DNA of 37,658 bases from Tolypothrix carrinoi HA7290-LM1 (GTDB lineage Bacteria > Cyanobacteriota > Cyanobacteriia > Cyanobacteriales > Nostocaceae), in assembly GCA_019358935.1 (NCBI GenBank), contig JAHHIK010000084.1:1-37658 (forward strand), in the 5' to 3' direction. Of the stretch, positions 28,326-37,414 are shown piece after piece; position 1 is the stretch's first letter; each line of letters starts with the position of its first letter. The translations under genes were made by a program, and so were the position numbers. The notes under the pieces are model-generated. The model was not told the origin of the DNA and did not search any database. It saw only the letters and a program-made list of their open reading frames with translations.

Positions 28326-28767
28326 GTTGGTGGTTAGTGGTTAGTTGTTAGTGGTTAGTTATTAGTGGTTAGTTGTTAGTTGTTAGTTGTTAGTTGTTAG
28401 TGGTGAGCCAGTGCGTTGGGGAGGCAGTGCGGTCTTGGGGTTCCCCCCGTTGTAGCACCTGCCGTCGGCTCTGCCGACAGTCACGCAACTGGCGAACCCG
28501 AAGGGTTGGTGGTTGGTGGTTGGTGGTTGGTGGGAACGTGGTTGGTAGTTAGTGGTTAGTCGTTGTTAAAAATACTACTCACCCTGTCCCCCTTGTCCAC
28601 GCCAGTCGCACGCCAGGTGCTACAACGGAGGGAACCTCCGCAACGCACTGGCTCCTCAACGGAGGGAACCTCCGCACGGCGCTGGCTCCCCTTGTCCCCT
28701 TGTCTCCTTGTCCCCCTTGTCCCCTTGTCCCCCTCTCCCCCCCTCTCCCCCTCTCCCCCTTCCCTCC
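28326..28767. repeat. Composite repeat patch: (GTTAGT[G/T])n STRRs, two nested small dispersed repeats, (CTTGTCC)n tract
   Basis: Heptamers at 28326-28402 and 28506-28560; nested elements at ~28403-28505 and ~28599-28690; pyrimidine tract 28687-28767. Confidence 0.85.
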
Positions 28768-29604
28768 TCACTGCAAAGACGAGCGAAACAGATGATTGTG
28801 TTCGGGATGATATAAATGCGATCGCTTTGCGACTCCTTCGGAGTATCGCGTTCCCACACTTTCCGAAAGTGCAGGACTAATTACGTATAATGTAGTACGA
28901 ATCAGATTTTCTTCGATGGTACAATCTGCCATTTTGTCAAGGGGAACAACCAGAATTTTTTCATCTTGCCAGCCGATTCGATAGCAAATTGCTACTAGCG
29001 TATCATTTGGGTAGTGTTCTAGTAGTTTGGCTTGGGAAGACGCTACATGACGCGCACTCAGATACAAGCAAAGACTAGCTTGGTGTTGTGCGAGGGTGGC
29101 TAATTCTTCTGTGGGGGGGACTTGTGTACGTCCGCTGATGCGGGTGAGGATGATAGTTTGAACTAAACCAGGAATAGTTAACTCAACTTTAAGTTTAGCG
29201 GCAGCGGCTTGAAAAGCGCTGATACCTGGTATAACTTCAAAGGGAATATCTGACGAAGCCAAAAGCTGCATTTGTTCGTGGATGGCACTATAGAGACTCG
29301 GATCGCCAGAATGAAGACGAACGACTTTTTTATGCGATCGCACTCGTTCTATCATGATTGGCAAAATCTCTTCTAAAGTCTTATTCGCCGTTTGAATAAT
29401 TTCCGCATCTTCGCGGCAAAGTTCTAAAATCTCTTCAGGAATTAAAGAATCTGCAAATAAAATCACATCAGCACACTTCAGCAGTTTCTGCGCCTTTACC
29501 GTTAGTAAATCAGGATCGCCAGGACCTGCTCCCACAATATACACTGCTGGTTCTAACAAATGACCATACTCTTTTTTACTTAAATTTGCAGTATAATCAC
29601 TCAT
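28768..29604 (-). CDS. cobM: Precorrin-4 C11-methyltransferase
   Basis: VYIVGAGPGDPDLLT, RLHSGDPSLY, PGISAFQAAAA, QTIILTR, SHLYHP. Confidence 0.94.
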   Translation of the reverse strand: MSDYTANLSKKEYGHLLEPAVYIVGAGPGDPDLLTVKAQKLLKCADVILFADSLIPEEILELCREDAEIIQTANKTLEEILPIMIERVRSHKKVVRLHSGDPSLYSAIHEQMQLLASSDIPFEVIPGISAFQAAAAKLKVELTIPGLVQTIILTRISGRTQVPPTEELATLAQHQASLCLYLSARHVASSQAKLLEHYPNDTLVAICYRIGWQDEKILVVPLDKMADCTIEENLIRTTLYVISPALSESVGTRYSEGVAKRSHLYHPEHNHLFRSSLQ

Positions 29605-29661
29605 AAATAAGCACACGATAATTTAGCAAAAAATTTTTTTTGGGCATTTTTTCAGTATCCT

Positions 29662-29689
29662 TCCGGATAAATACTCTTTGCCTAGTAGA
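29662..29689 (+). promoter_or_regulatory. DIF1-type heterocyst-specific promoter
   Basis: TCCGGA (29662-67), a 17-nt spacer, then GTAGA (29685-89); positioned -35/-10 relative to ~29697. Confidence 0.7.
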
Positions 29690-29696
29690 GATGAAT

Positions 29697-29745
29697 GGTA
29701 GATGCACCCTGGTTAAGCCCTAGAGAAAACTCTGGGGCATTTTTT
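29697..29745 (+). ncRNA. nsiR1: NsiR1-like small RNA, single copy
   Basis: 5' GGTAGATGCACCCTG matches my recollection of the NsiR1 conserved 5' end; DIF1 promoter upstream; terminator GCCCTAGAG-AAAA-CTCTGGGGC-ATTTTTT. Confidence 0.7.
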
Positions 29746-29750
29746 ATTTT

Positions 29751-29957
29751 TGTTAGTGGTTAATAAATAGTGGTTAGTGGATAGTGGTTAGTGGATAGTT
29801 GGAGCGTGGATAGTGGATAGTAGGAGCGTGGTTAACAGCCAGTCCCCCTTGTCCCCCTTGTCCCCCTTGTCCCCCTTGTCCCCCTTGTCCCCCTTGTCCC
29901 CCCATCCCCCCATCCCCCCATCCCCCCATCCCCCTACCTCCCCATCTCCTCATCTCC
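29751..29957. repeat. STRR heptamers (AGTGG[AT]T)n plus (GTCCCCCTT)x6 and (CCCCCATC)n tracts overlapping the lgt 3' end
   Basis: Directly visible tandem arrays; the lgt stop TAG lies inside the G-rich (minus-strand) tract. Confidence 0.85.
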
Positions 29958-30809
29958 ATTGGGCGGGGAAACTACATCAGGTAAAGGACGTTTAGCTAAG
30001 TAAAGCCAAGCTAGCCCAGCTAATCCTAAGAGAATTCCGGTTAAACTTACCAATTGTGCGATTCTTAGTGGTCCTAGCATCAAGCTATCAGTCCTTAGAC
30101 CTTCGATCCAAAAGCGTCCTAAGCTGTAAGCTACCCAGTAAACCATAAATAGCGTACCTACTTTTAGGCGTGGTTGCGATCGCAAACTCCGAAAAAACAA
30201 AGTCATCAGCAAAGCGAAAACCATTAAATCCCACAGAGATTCGTAGAGAAAGGTGGGATGGTAGTACTCAAAACTAGCCAACTCTGGAGGACGGCGTTCT
30301 GGTGGAATGTATAGCTTCCAGGGTAAATTGGTAGGACTGCCAAAAGCTTCAGAGTTGAAGAAATTGCCCCAACGCCCGATCGCTTGTCCTAAAATCAGCG
30401 AAGGTGCTACTAAATCTGCTAATTGCCAAAAAGAAACCTGTTTAAGTTTCGCAAAAATTAACGCCGCTATAACCCCACCAATAATTGCACCATGAATCGC
30501 AATACCTCCTTGCCAAATGGCAATAATGCGTTCTGGGTGCTGGACATATTCTGCCCACTGAAACAAAACGTAATATATCCGGGCAGCGGGAATTGCGCCA
30601 ATTACCAGCCAAATTGACAAATCACTCAGCAATTCTGGATTAACATTACGGCGCTTTGCCAAGTACTGAGAGAGGCTAACGCCAATTAACACGGCTGAGG
30701 CAATCAATAAGCCATACCAGCGAATAGTTAAAAATCCGATTTTAACCAGAATCGGTCCTGGAGAAGTAAATTGAAACGCCAAAGGCAAGGCGGAAAAATC
30801 CAGTGCCAT
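29934..30809 (-). CDS. lgt: Prolipoprotein diacylglyceryl transferase
   Basis: [47 protein letters not shown]. Confidence 0.96.
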   Translation of the reverse strand: MALDFSALPLAFQFTSPGPILVKIGFLTIRWYGLLIASAVLIGVSLSQYLAKRRNVNPELLSDLSIWLVIGAIPAARIYYVLFQWAEYVQHPERIIAIWQGGIAIHGAIIGGVIAALIFAKLKQVSFWQLADLVAPSLILGQAIGRWGNFFNSEAFGSPTNLPWKLYIPPERRPPELASFEYYHPTFLYESLWDLMVFALLMTLFFRSLRSQPRLKVGTLFMVYWVAYSLGRFWIEGLRTDSLMLGPLRIAQLVSLTGILLGLAGLAWLYLAKRPLPDVVSPPNGDEEMGR

Positions 30810-31234
30810 GCAAAAGTACCTAAAAAATGATAATAATCAGTGGTGCAGATTCAGGCGAGGCTTGAGTTTCATCTGCCTCTCGTTAACTAAAGAATATATT
30901 TTTCCTTTTGCTATCCCTCAATTGATGAGCATTTATATACCGGAGGTTGACGTAACATACAAGCATTCTGGTCTCATCCATAGGATTGATTTTAAGTCGC
31001 CTTGGGTTGAGAACAGAGGATAGACAATTCATGAAAGCAAAACTAAGTTTGAGTTTGCCCTGGCGCTTGAAGTTTAATGTCGGGTTTGGGATATTTATTG
31101 TTTCATCAGACTTCTAGTCTAAGGGTCTAAGGCGCAAAATTATCACCTTTCTTTCTAAAGTAAAAATAGCGGTTCGCGATCTATCAATCGAGTTTCGATA
31201 TAATCACCTAAACAACTGTGAGGCATCTAAAATT

Positions 31235-31810
31235 GTGATTGCCATTTATCCAGGTAGTTTCGACCCCATTACCTTAGGACACCTTGACTTGATCCAACGT
31301 GGTAGCAGGTTGTTTGAGAAGGTGATTGTGGCTGTGCTGCGTAACCCGAACAAAACGCCACTGTTTAGCGTGCAACAACGCCAACAACAGATTCGTCTTT
31401 CAACAGCACATCTACCTAATGTAGAAGTAGACAGCTTTGATGGTCTAACCGTCAATTATGCCCAAATGCAACAAGCACAAGTTTTGTTACGGGGTTTACG
31501 GGCGGTTTCGGACTTTGAAGTAGAGCTACAAATGGCGCATACTAATAAAACCCTTTCTACTCAAATAGAAACTGTTTTTCTGGCTACGTCAAACGAGTAT
31601 AGTTTTTTAAGTAGTAGTGTAGTAAAAGAGATTGCAAGGTTTGGTGGCTCTATCGATCATCTTGTTCCCCCGCACGTCGCTCTAGATATATACCAATGCT
31701 ACGCTCACCAACAGACAGTATCGAACCCAATCAAAACGGAAGCAACCCAGAACCTCAGGAGTTTGCCGACCCAAACTCCTATGGAGACGTTTCCGGAATG
31801 GGAAGTGTAG
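31235..31810 (+). CDS. coaD: Pantetheine-phosphate adenylyltransferase
   Basis: [37 protein letters not shown]. Confidence 0.96.
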   Translation: MIAIYPGSFDPITLGHLDLIQRGSRLFEKVIVAVLRNPNKTPLFSVQQRQQQIRLSTAHLPNVEVDSFDGLTVNYAQMQQAQVLLRGLRAVSDFEVELQMAHTNKTLSTQIETVFLATSNEYSFLSSSVVKEIARFGGSIDHLVPPHVALDIYQCYAHQQTVSNPIKTEATQNLRSLPTQTPMETFPEWEV

Positions 31811-32388
31811 AAATTCAGCAGGAACTCAACCGCTTAGAGGAAATGATTCTTTCTAGTTTCCACATTCCCCTGACGCGACGCACGTTAGTCGATGAAGAAA
31901 AGCTGCTGGATCAGCTTGATTTTATTCGAGTTTCTTTGCCATTTGTTTTTCAAGAAGCTGCCGCGATTATCGAACAGAAGCAGGAAATTCTGCTGGAAGC
32001 GGAAGAGTATGGACAGCAAGTTGTAGAGGCAGCGCAAGCGAAAAGAGCGCAGATTCTAGCTGAAAGTGACATTATCCGACAAGCACAAACAGAAGCGCTT
32101 CTTCTTCGGCAAGAAGTGCAGCTTGAATGTGATGCGATGATGGAAGACACCCTGGCAGAAATTGAGCGCAAGCGTCGTGCTTGTCAGCAAGAGTTAGAGG
32201 AAATTCGCACTCAAGCGATCGCCCAAGCTCAAGAAATTGAAAATGGCGCCGATACTTATGCTGATAGCGTCTTAGAAAATATCGAGCAAAACCTCACCGA
32301 TATGTTACGAGTTATCCGCAACGGACGCGAACAACTGTATCCAGACACGCCACCACATAACAATTCATCTGCCGGTAAGAAGAAATAA
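31696..32388 (+). CDS. cdv3: DivIVA-like coiled-coil cell-division protein (Cdv3-like)
   Basis: LNRLEEMIL...[17 protein letters not shown], long coiled coil, GADTYAD; directly downstream of and overlapping coaD. Confidence 0.75.
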   Translation: MLRSPTDSIEPNQNGSNPEPQEFADPNSYGDVSGMGSVEIQQELNRLEEMILSSFHIPLTRRTLVDEEKLLDQLDFIRVSLPFVFQEAAAIIEQKQEILLEAEEYGQQVVEAAQAKRAQILAESDIIRQAQTEALLLRQEVQLECDAMMEDTLAEIERKRRACQQELEEIRTQAIAQAQEIENGADTYADSVLENIEQNLTDMLRVIRNGREQLYPDTPPHNNSSAGKKK

Positions 32389-32457
32389 ACGAGTAAGTTC
32401 ATAAAAGTATTTAGATCCTTACCACAATTGGCTTTAATTAAACAGGATTCTTCATAA

Positions 32458-32772
32458 ATGTTTACTTTACCCCAAGTTAATATTGGATTAAATCTAGGAA
32501 TTATTTATGTTTTATTGGGTGCAGCTTACTTAATTTTAATGGTATTTTTTCTAGTTCAAAGAGCAACTAGATTAACTAATTGGGCTTTATCACTTTATAT
32601 TATCCAAGCGATATTTATACCAGTTTTAATGTTATTATGCGGGTTGATTTTGATTTTTCAAGGTTGGCGCTTAGATCCAGTTCTTCAGTTTGGGCAATTT
32701 TTGTCATTTTTAATAATTATTTATTTCTCTATTAAAGACATTGTAATTAACGCAGTTTATAGAAATAGATAA
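32458..32772 (+). CDS. Ycf66-family N-terminal-domain membrane protein
   Basis: LLCGLILIFQGWRLDPVLQFGQFL signature. Confidence 0.8.
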   Translation: MFTLPQVNIGLNLGIIYVLLGAAYLILMVFFLVQRATRLTNWALSLYIIQAIFIPVLMLLCGLILIFQGWRLDPVLQFGQFLSFLIIIYFSIKDIVINAVYRNR

Positions 32773-32780
32773 TATCACCC

Positions 32781-32809
32781 GTAGAGACGTTCCAATGGAA
32801 CGTCTCTAC
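32781..32809. repeat. GTAG REP-like palindrome
   Basis: GTAGAGACGTTCCAATGGAACGTCTCTAC, between convergent genes. Confidence 0.8.
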
Positions 32810-32826
32810 AATTTTGCACGAAACAA

Positions 32827-34173
32827 TTAAAGAGTATAAGTAAAATCTTCTACCAACATACCAGGAACCATACTACCTCCGAGTTGCCGACTTTCGTATG
32901 TTCCGACTTCAGGAATGAATTCTTGAAAATTCGTGAAGTCTATCAAATTTTCTCCCCAAAAGCGATAGAGACTGTCATCAAAACGGAGATTTTCAATTGG
33001 GGCGATGATTTCTCCTTTTTCCACCCAAAAACAAGCATAACGAGTCATACCTGTGATTCTACCAGTTGGGCGATCGCTCCAATTCAAGTAATGTAAATTC
33101 GATACATATAACCCTGTATCTAAACTTGGCAAAATCTCCTCAAATGCTAAGTTTCCCACACTTACTTCTGGCGCACGTAATGACTCATTTCCATTAGCAC
33201 CATTCGCATTTTTTTCATATTCCTTTGCCGTGCGAGAATTCACCAAGGTATTTACTAACATCCCTTTTTCAATTATCGGAATTTCCTTAGCTGCCATTTC
33301 TCCCCATTCATTAAATCGCGGCACAAAAGCGCGTTGAAAGTTTTCTTTCAAATTAAATAACCGAGAAAGTTGCTTTTCTTGACGCGATATTGCAGCCAAA
33401 GCACTATTTCCTTGTTGAATATCAGCTTCGCTGACACCACCCCAAGAAAGCATCATTAATAAATCAGAAACAGCCGCCGGCGCAAAATAAGTTTTGTAAT
33501 TTCCGCGTGGCAATTCTTTCGGCGAATGTGAAAGCAGTTCTATTTGCCTTTTCGCATCGCTGATTTTCGCTGTATACGCAGTTGAATCCCAATCACTTCC
33601 GGCAAAAGTGCCTTTGACAGCTTGTCCGGAAGTCGTGAAAATAGAATAATCTAAAGTAAAAGTATCGGTTGCAAATAAATGTTTTTGACCGCTAGAATCA
33701 CCATAACCTTGAATTACCGAACCCCCAGCATATATCCCAGCAAAATCTAATTCGGCAACTTGTTCTAGTACGGTTGGTACTACCGCTTCTGCTGCCAACA
33801 ATTTCCCCGAATGTGTTTCCCGACTGGTATTTGTTCCTGATGGCAATACGAGATACGGATCGGCAGGTAAATAAGGCAGTTCTTCCCTTAGTTCTTTGAA
33901 AGCGTTGTATGCTGCTTGCCAATCTATTTCCCAATTGCCTGTAAAGGGAAACTGTCGAAAACTATTGCGCCGGTCTTGCATCAAATTCAGTTCGATCCAA
34001 CCATCAGCAACACAACCAGTTTGTCGCACTTTAGCGTGATTGAACCGCGTAAATTGACTGCGTTCGCTGTGTAGTTTTATCGTGAAGTGTTCGCTATCTG
34101 CTTTTTTATTTAGCAGAGTTTCAATTAATCGATTAAAGCTAATTTCTAAACTTGATAATTCGTCAATTTTCAT
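32827..34173 (-). CDS. TldE/PmbA-family protein
   Basis: ERSQFTRFN, YFAPAAV, LYVSNLHYLN, TGMTR, PIENLRF; no HExxxH; follows tldD. Confidence 0.87.
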   Translation of the reverse strand: MKIDELSSLEISFNRLIETLLNKKADSEHFTIKLHSERSQFTRFNHAKVRQTGCVADGWIELNLMQDRRNSFRQFPFTGNWEIDWQAAYNAFKELREELPYLPADPYLVLPSGTNTSRETHSGKLLAAEAVVPTVLEQVAELDFAGIYAGGSVIQGYGDSSGQKHLFATDTFTLDYSIFTTSGQAVKGTFAGSDWDSTAYTAKISDAKRQIELLSHSPKELPRGNYKTYFAPAAVSDLLMMLSWGGVSEADIQQGNSALAAISRQEKQLSRLFNLKENFQRAFVPRFNEWGEMAAKEIPIIEKGMLVNTLVNSRTAKEYEKNANGANGNESLRAPEVSVGNLAFEEILPSLDTGLYVSNLHYLNWSDRPTGRITGMTRYACFWVEKGEIIAPIENLRFDDSLYRFWGENLIDFTNFQEFIPEVGTYESRQLGGSMVPGMLVEDFTYTL

Positions 34174-34177
34174 CGTT

Positions 34178-34231
34178 TCCTTGTCCCCTTGTCTCCTTGT
34201 CCCCTTGTCTCCCTTGTCCCCCCTCTCCCTC
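34178..34231 (-). repeat. GGACAAG repeat tract filling the tldD-tldE spacer
   Basis: Minus strand GAGGGAGAGGGGGGACAAGGGAGACAAGGGGACAAGGAGACAAGGGGACAAGGA-AACG-ATG. Confidence 0.85.
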
Positions 34232-35671
34232 TTAAACACCTCCGCCAAAGACTTCGACGTTAGCAAATAGACAAATGGGTGAACCATGTCCTACGGAAAT
34301 CGCTTGATTTGGTTCTCCTTTGCCACAGTAAGCTGTGCCGTACATTTGCCAGTTAGAGGAGTTTCCTAGTTTAATTAAGCTGTGCCAAAATTCGGGTGTG
34401 GTGGCTCGATAATTGGGATTGCGGAGGGTTTTGGTGAGTTTGCCGTTTTCAATTAATTTGGCGTACTCGCAGCCAAACTGAAATTTATAACGTTGGTCAT
34501 CAATTGACCAAGAGCGGTTAGATTCCATGTAAACGCCGTGTTCTATGTCGGCGATGATTTCGTCAAAGCTGGCGTTTCCTGGCTCTAAATTCAAGTTTGC
34601 CATGCGATCGATTGCTGGTCGATTCCAAGAACATGCACGCGCACACGCAACTCCTGGTACACCAGCTCTAGCTTGGCTTTCTAAACTGCCTACACCGCGC
34701 TGAAGTACGCCTTCTTTAATTAAGTACTCTCGTGTTGCCACTGCCCCAGTATCATCAAAGTTATAGCTGGCAAACTCTCCGGGTACGGTGGGGTCAAAGG
34801 TGATGTTCATTAACTCAGAACCGTATACTAAGTTCCCAAAGTCACTTTTGTTGACAAAGCTGCCGCCGGCGTAGTTGCGCTCATCTCCTAAAATGCGATC
34901 GATTTCTAAGGGATGTCCGACACTTTCATGAATTTGTAGCATCATTTGGTCGGGTGCTAAAACTAAGTTGGTGCGTGTGGACGGGCATTCGTCCGCTGTC
35001 AATAGTTCTACTGCTTGTTCGCCAATTTGCTGCACCCGTTGCCATAATTCTTCTTCTCTTAACAGTTCCATGCCACCTTGGTAACAGTGTGCTTGCCAGC
35101 CGTTGTTACTGCGCTGCTGCACGATCGCTCCATCTTGTGCTGTGGCTCCGTAATGAGTGCCTAATGACAATATTTTTTGATACACTTCCGAACCATTGCT
35201 GCTGATAAACCACGTTTCTTTTTCAGTAGTGGTAGTGGTTGCCGTGGTTTGAACTATCTTGTCGTCAACTTTTAAAGTTTTGCAAATGCGGATAAGTATA
35301 TCGTTTATTTCTCTCGGACTCAGTGCATCTAACGGTTTGATAAATGGGGAGATATATTCCCCAACGACTTTCGGGCGTTCTTTTCCACTGAAGGGATATA
35401 TCCACCATTCGCTGGCGGCTAGTGCCTGTTTATACGCTTTTTCCGCAGCAGCTTGCAAGCTGGCAAGATCCAGGGAATTGGTAGCAGCGTAACCGAGACA
35501 ACCATTAACCAAAACTTCCAGCATCACCCCGATAGTAGAGGATTTGCCGTTTGTTTGCGGTAAGGCATCTCGAACATAACAATTATAGTTGTTTTCCTTT
35601 ACGGCTCTAATACCAATCCAATCAGCCGGGATGTTTAGAGAAGCGATGATGTTGGTTAATTCAGACCACAT
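34232..35671 (-). CDS. tldD: TldD metalloprotease (start MWSEL)
   Basis: IHESVGHPLEIDR (HExxxH), DDTG, RMANL, CGKGEP. Confidence 0.92.
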   Translation of the reverse strand: MWSELTNIIASLNIPADWIGIRAVKENNYNCYVRDALPQTNGKSSTIGVMLEVLVNGCLGYAATNSLDLASLQAAAEKAYKQALAASEWWIYPFSGKERPKVVGEYISPFIKPLDALSPREINDILIRICKTLKVDDKIVQTTATTTTTEKETWFISSNGSEVYQKILSLGTHYGATAQDGAIVQQRSNNGWQAHCYQGGMELLREEELWQRVQQIGEQAVELLTADECPSTRTNLVLAPDQMMLQIHESVGHPLEIDRILGDERNYAGGSFVNKSDFGNLVYGSELMNITFDPTVPGEFASYNFDDTGAVATREYLIKEGVLQRGVGSLESQARAGVPGVACARACSWNRPAIDRMANLNLEPGNASFDEIIADIEHGVYMESNRSWSIDDQRYKFQFGCEYAKLIENGKLTKTLRNPNYRATTPEFWHSLIKLGNSSNWQMYGTAYCGKGEPNQAISVGHGSPICLFANVEVFGGGV

Positions 35672-35680
35672 AATTAAAGT

Positions 35681-35800
35681 TGGTAATTGGTAATTGGTAA
35701 TTGGTAATTGGTAATTGGTAATTGGGAATTGGGAATTGGTAATTGGTAATTGGTAATGATTTTCCATTACCCATTCCCCATTACCTATTACCCATTACCA
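35681..35800. repeat. Inverted STRR arrays (TGGTAAT)n ... (CCATTAC)n
   Basis: About 11 heptamers followed by about 5 reverse-complement heptamers; can fold into a hairpin between cysS and tldD. Confidence 0.88.
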
Positions 35801-35806
35801 GTTTTC

Positions 35807-37414
35807 CTAATTTCGGTGCCAGCGGGTTCCTTCACGGCTATCAATTAGGGTAATTCCTTGAGAAAGCAGTTCATTGCGAATGCGATCGCTCATTTCAAAA
35901 TTCTTCGCAAGACGTGCTTGTTGTCTTTGGTGAATTTTCGCTTCAATTTCGGCATCGCTTAAACCGTCACTCACAGATTTTTCCGCTTCCATCTCGGCTT
36001 CTAAACCCAAAACTCCAGCTAAAGTGACAAGTGTATGCCATTGTTTGAATAACTCATCCGGTGATATTTCGGTTTTACCTTCATGGACAAAAATATTACC
36101 CTCTCGTTCTAGTTCCTTGGCTAATTTAAACAAAATCACCAACCCACCAGGGAAATTAAAGTCATTATTTACAGCTTCGATGAAACGTTCAACAATTTCA
36201 GGGAGTAGGGAGTGGGGAGGAGCCAGCGCCGTGGACGGGTCTCCCGGCTTGAGGCGACTGGCGTTGGGGAGTGGGGAGAGTGGGGGAGGGGGGGAGGAGG
36301 AGATGGGGGGAAAGATGTTTCCCATGTTCTGTGTGTCCCCTTGTCCTCCTTGTCCTCCTTGTCCTCCTTGTCCTCCTTGTCTTCCTTGTCCTCCTTGTCC
36401 CCATCCCAATTGATATCCAAAGAGCAAACCTTTTTTCAGGGTGTTCCAACCGTTTGTTGCTGCCTGAATTGCTTCGTCAGTAAAATCGATTGGTGTGCGA
36501 TATTGTGCCATCAGCACAAATAACCGCACTGCCATTGGGTCAACGCCTCGATTCAGTAAGTCGCGAATCGTGGTAAAATTACCTAAAGATTTGGACATTT
36601 TTTCGCCATCCACCTTCACCATACCGTTATGCATCCAGTATCGAGATAACGGTTTGCCTGTCACTGCTTCAGATTGGGCAATTTCATTTTCATGATGGGG
36701 GAAAATTAAATCTTCACCGCCGGCGTGAATGTCGATGGTTTCGCCAAGGCGATCGCGTACCATTGCACTACATTCAATATGCCATCCCGGACGACCTTTA
36801 CCCCAAGGTGATTCCCAAGCGGGTTCTCCCGGTCTTGCAGCTTTCCACAAAGCAAAATCAGCCGAATCTTTTTTGCGCTGATACTCTGGATCTTCTAAAT
36901 CAACTCGTCCACTTGCACCTGCTTGCGAATCTTCTAATTTACGTCCAGAAAGCTTGCCATACTCAGGAAACTGACGCACCGCATAGTAAACATCACCGTT
37001 ACTTGGGTAAGCGTAACCTTTGTTTTCTAACTCGTGAATTAGTCGAGTTATGCCATTCATTGTATGGGTAGCGCGGGGATATTCTGAAGCTTCTTTGACA
37101 TTCAGCCGCGCCATATCCTCAAAATATGCTTTGATAAAGCGATCGGCTACAGTTTCCATCGTTGAGTGTTCTTGCCGCGCTCGATTCAAAATCTTATCAT
37201 CAACATCAGTAAAATTCTGGACATAGCGCACTTCATAGCCGAGAAATTGTAAGTATCGACGCACTACATCCCAAACTATACAAGCTCTGGCATGACCCAA
37301 ATGGCAATAATCGTAAACCGTCACGCCGCAGTAATACATCTTAACCTTTTTGGGTTCGACAGTTTCAAAGAGTTCTTGGCGACGGGTGAGGGTATTGTAA
37401 ACAGTTAGGGTCAT
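35807..37414 (-). CDS. cysS: Cysteine-tRNA ligase with in-frame repeat-derived insert
   Basis: [44 protein letters not shown]. Confidence 0.97.
   Translation of the reverse strand: MTLTVYNTLTRRQELFETVEPKKVKMYYCGVTVYDYCHLGHARACIVWDVVRRYLQFLGYEVRYVQNFTDVDDKILNRARQEHSTMETVADRFIKAYFEDMARLNVKEASEYPRATHTMNGITRLIHELENKGYAYPSNGDVYYAVRQFPEYGKLSGRKLEDSQAGASGRVDLEDPEYQRKKDSADFALWKAARPGEPAWESPWGKGRPGWHIECSAMVRDRLGETIDIHAGGEDLIFPHHENEIAQSEAVTGKPLSRYWMHNGMVKVDGEKMSKSLGNFTTIRDLLNRGVDPMAVRLFVLMAQYRTPIDFTDEAIQAATNGWNTLKKGLLFGYQLGWGQGGQGRQGGQGGQGGQGGQGDTQNMGNIFPPISSSPPPPLSPLPNASRLKPGDPSTALAPPHSLLPEIVERFIEAVNNDFNFPGGLVILFKLAKELEREGNIFVHEGKTEISPDELFKQWHTLVTLAGVLGLEAEMEAEKSVSDGLSDAEIEAKIHQRQQARLAKNFEMSDRIRNELLSQGITLIDSREGTRWHRN
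36201..36408 (-). repeat. In-frame GGACAAG element in cysS containing a nested GAGCCAG...CTGGCG repeat (36220-36264)
   Basis: Encodes [10 protein letters not shown](GGQ)4GD...[35 protein letters not shown]. Confidence 0.88.

Noticed and set aside
29605..29760. Cobalamin riboswitch upstream of cobM
   Set aside because: No B12-box or GGGAA core recognisable on the minus strand; the structure present fits a plus-strand sRNA with terminator.
30808..31023. 71-aa ORF between lgt and coaD
   Set aside because: Overlaps the divergent promoter region, with no motif or RBS support.
32827..35671. tldD/tldE as part of a RiPP biosynthetic cluster
   Set aside because: No precursor peptide, YcaO or transporter genes nearby; the context is housekeeping.
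35672..35767. N-terminal extension of TldD (NYQLPIT repeats), and likewise of TldE, MenB and the PEP-CTERM protein
   Set aside because: Read-through of STRR or other non-coding sequence upstream of the likely start codons.
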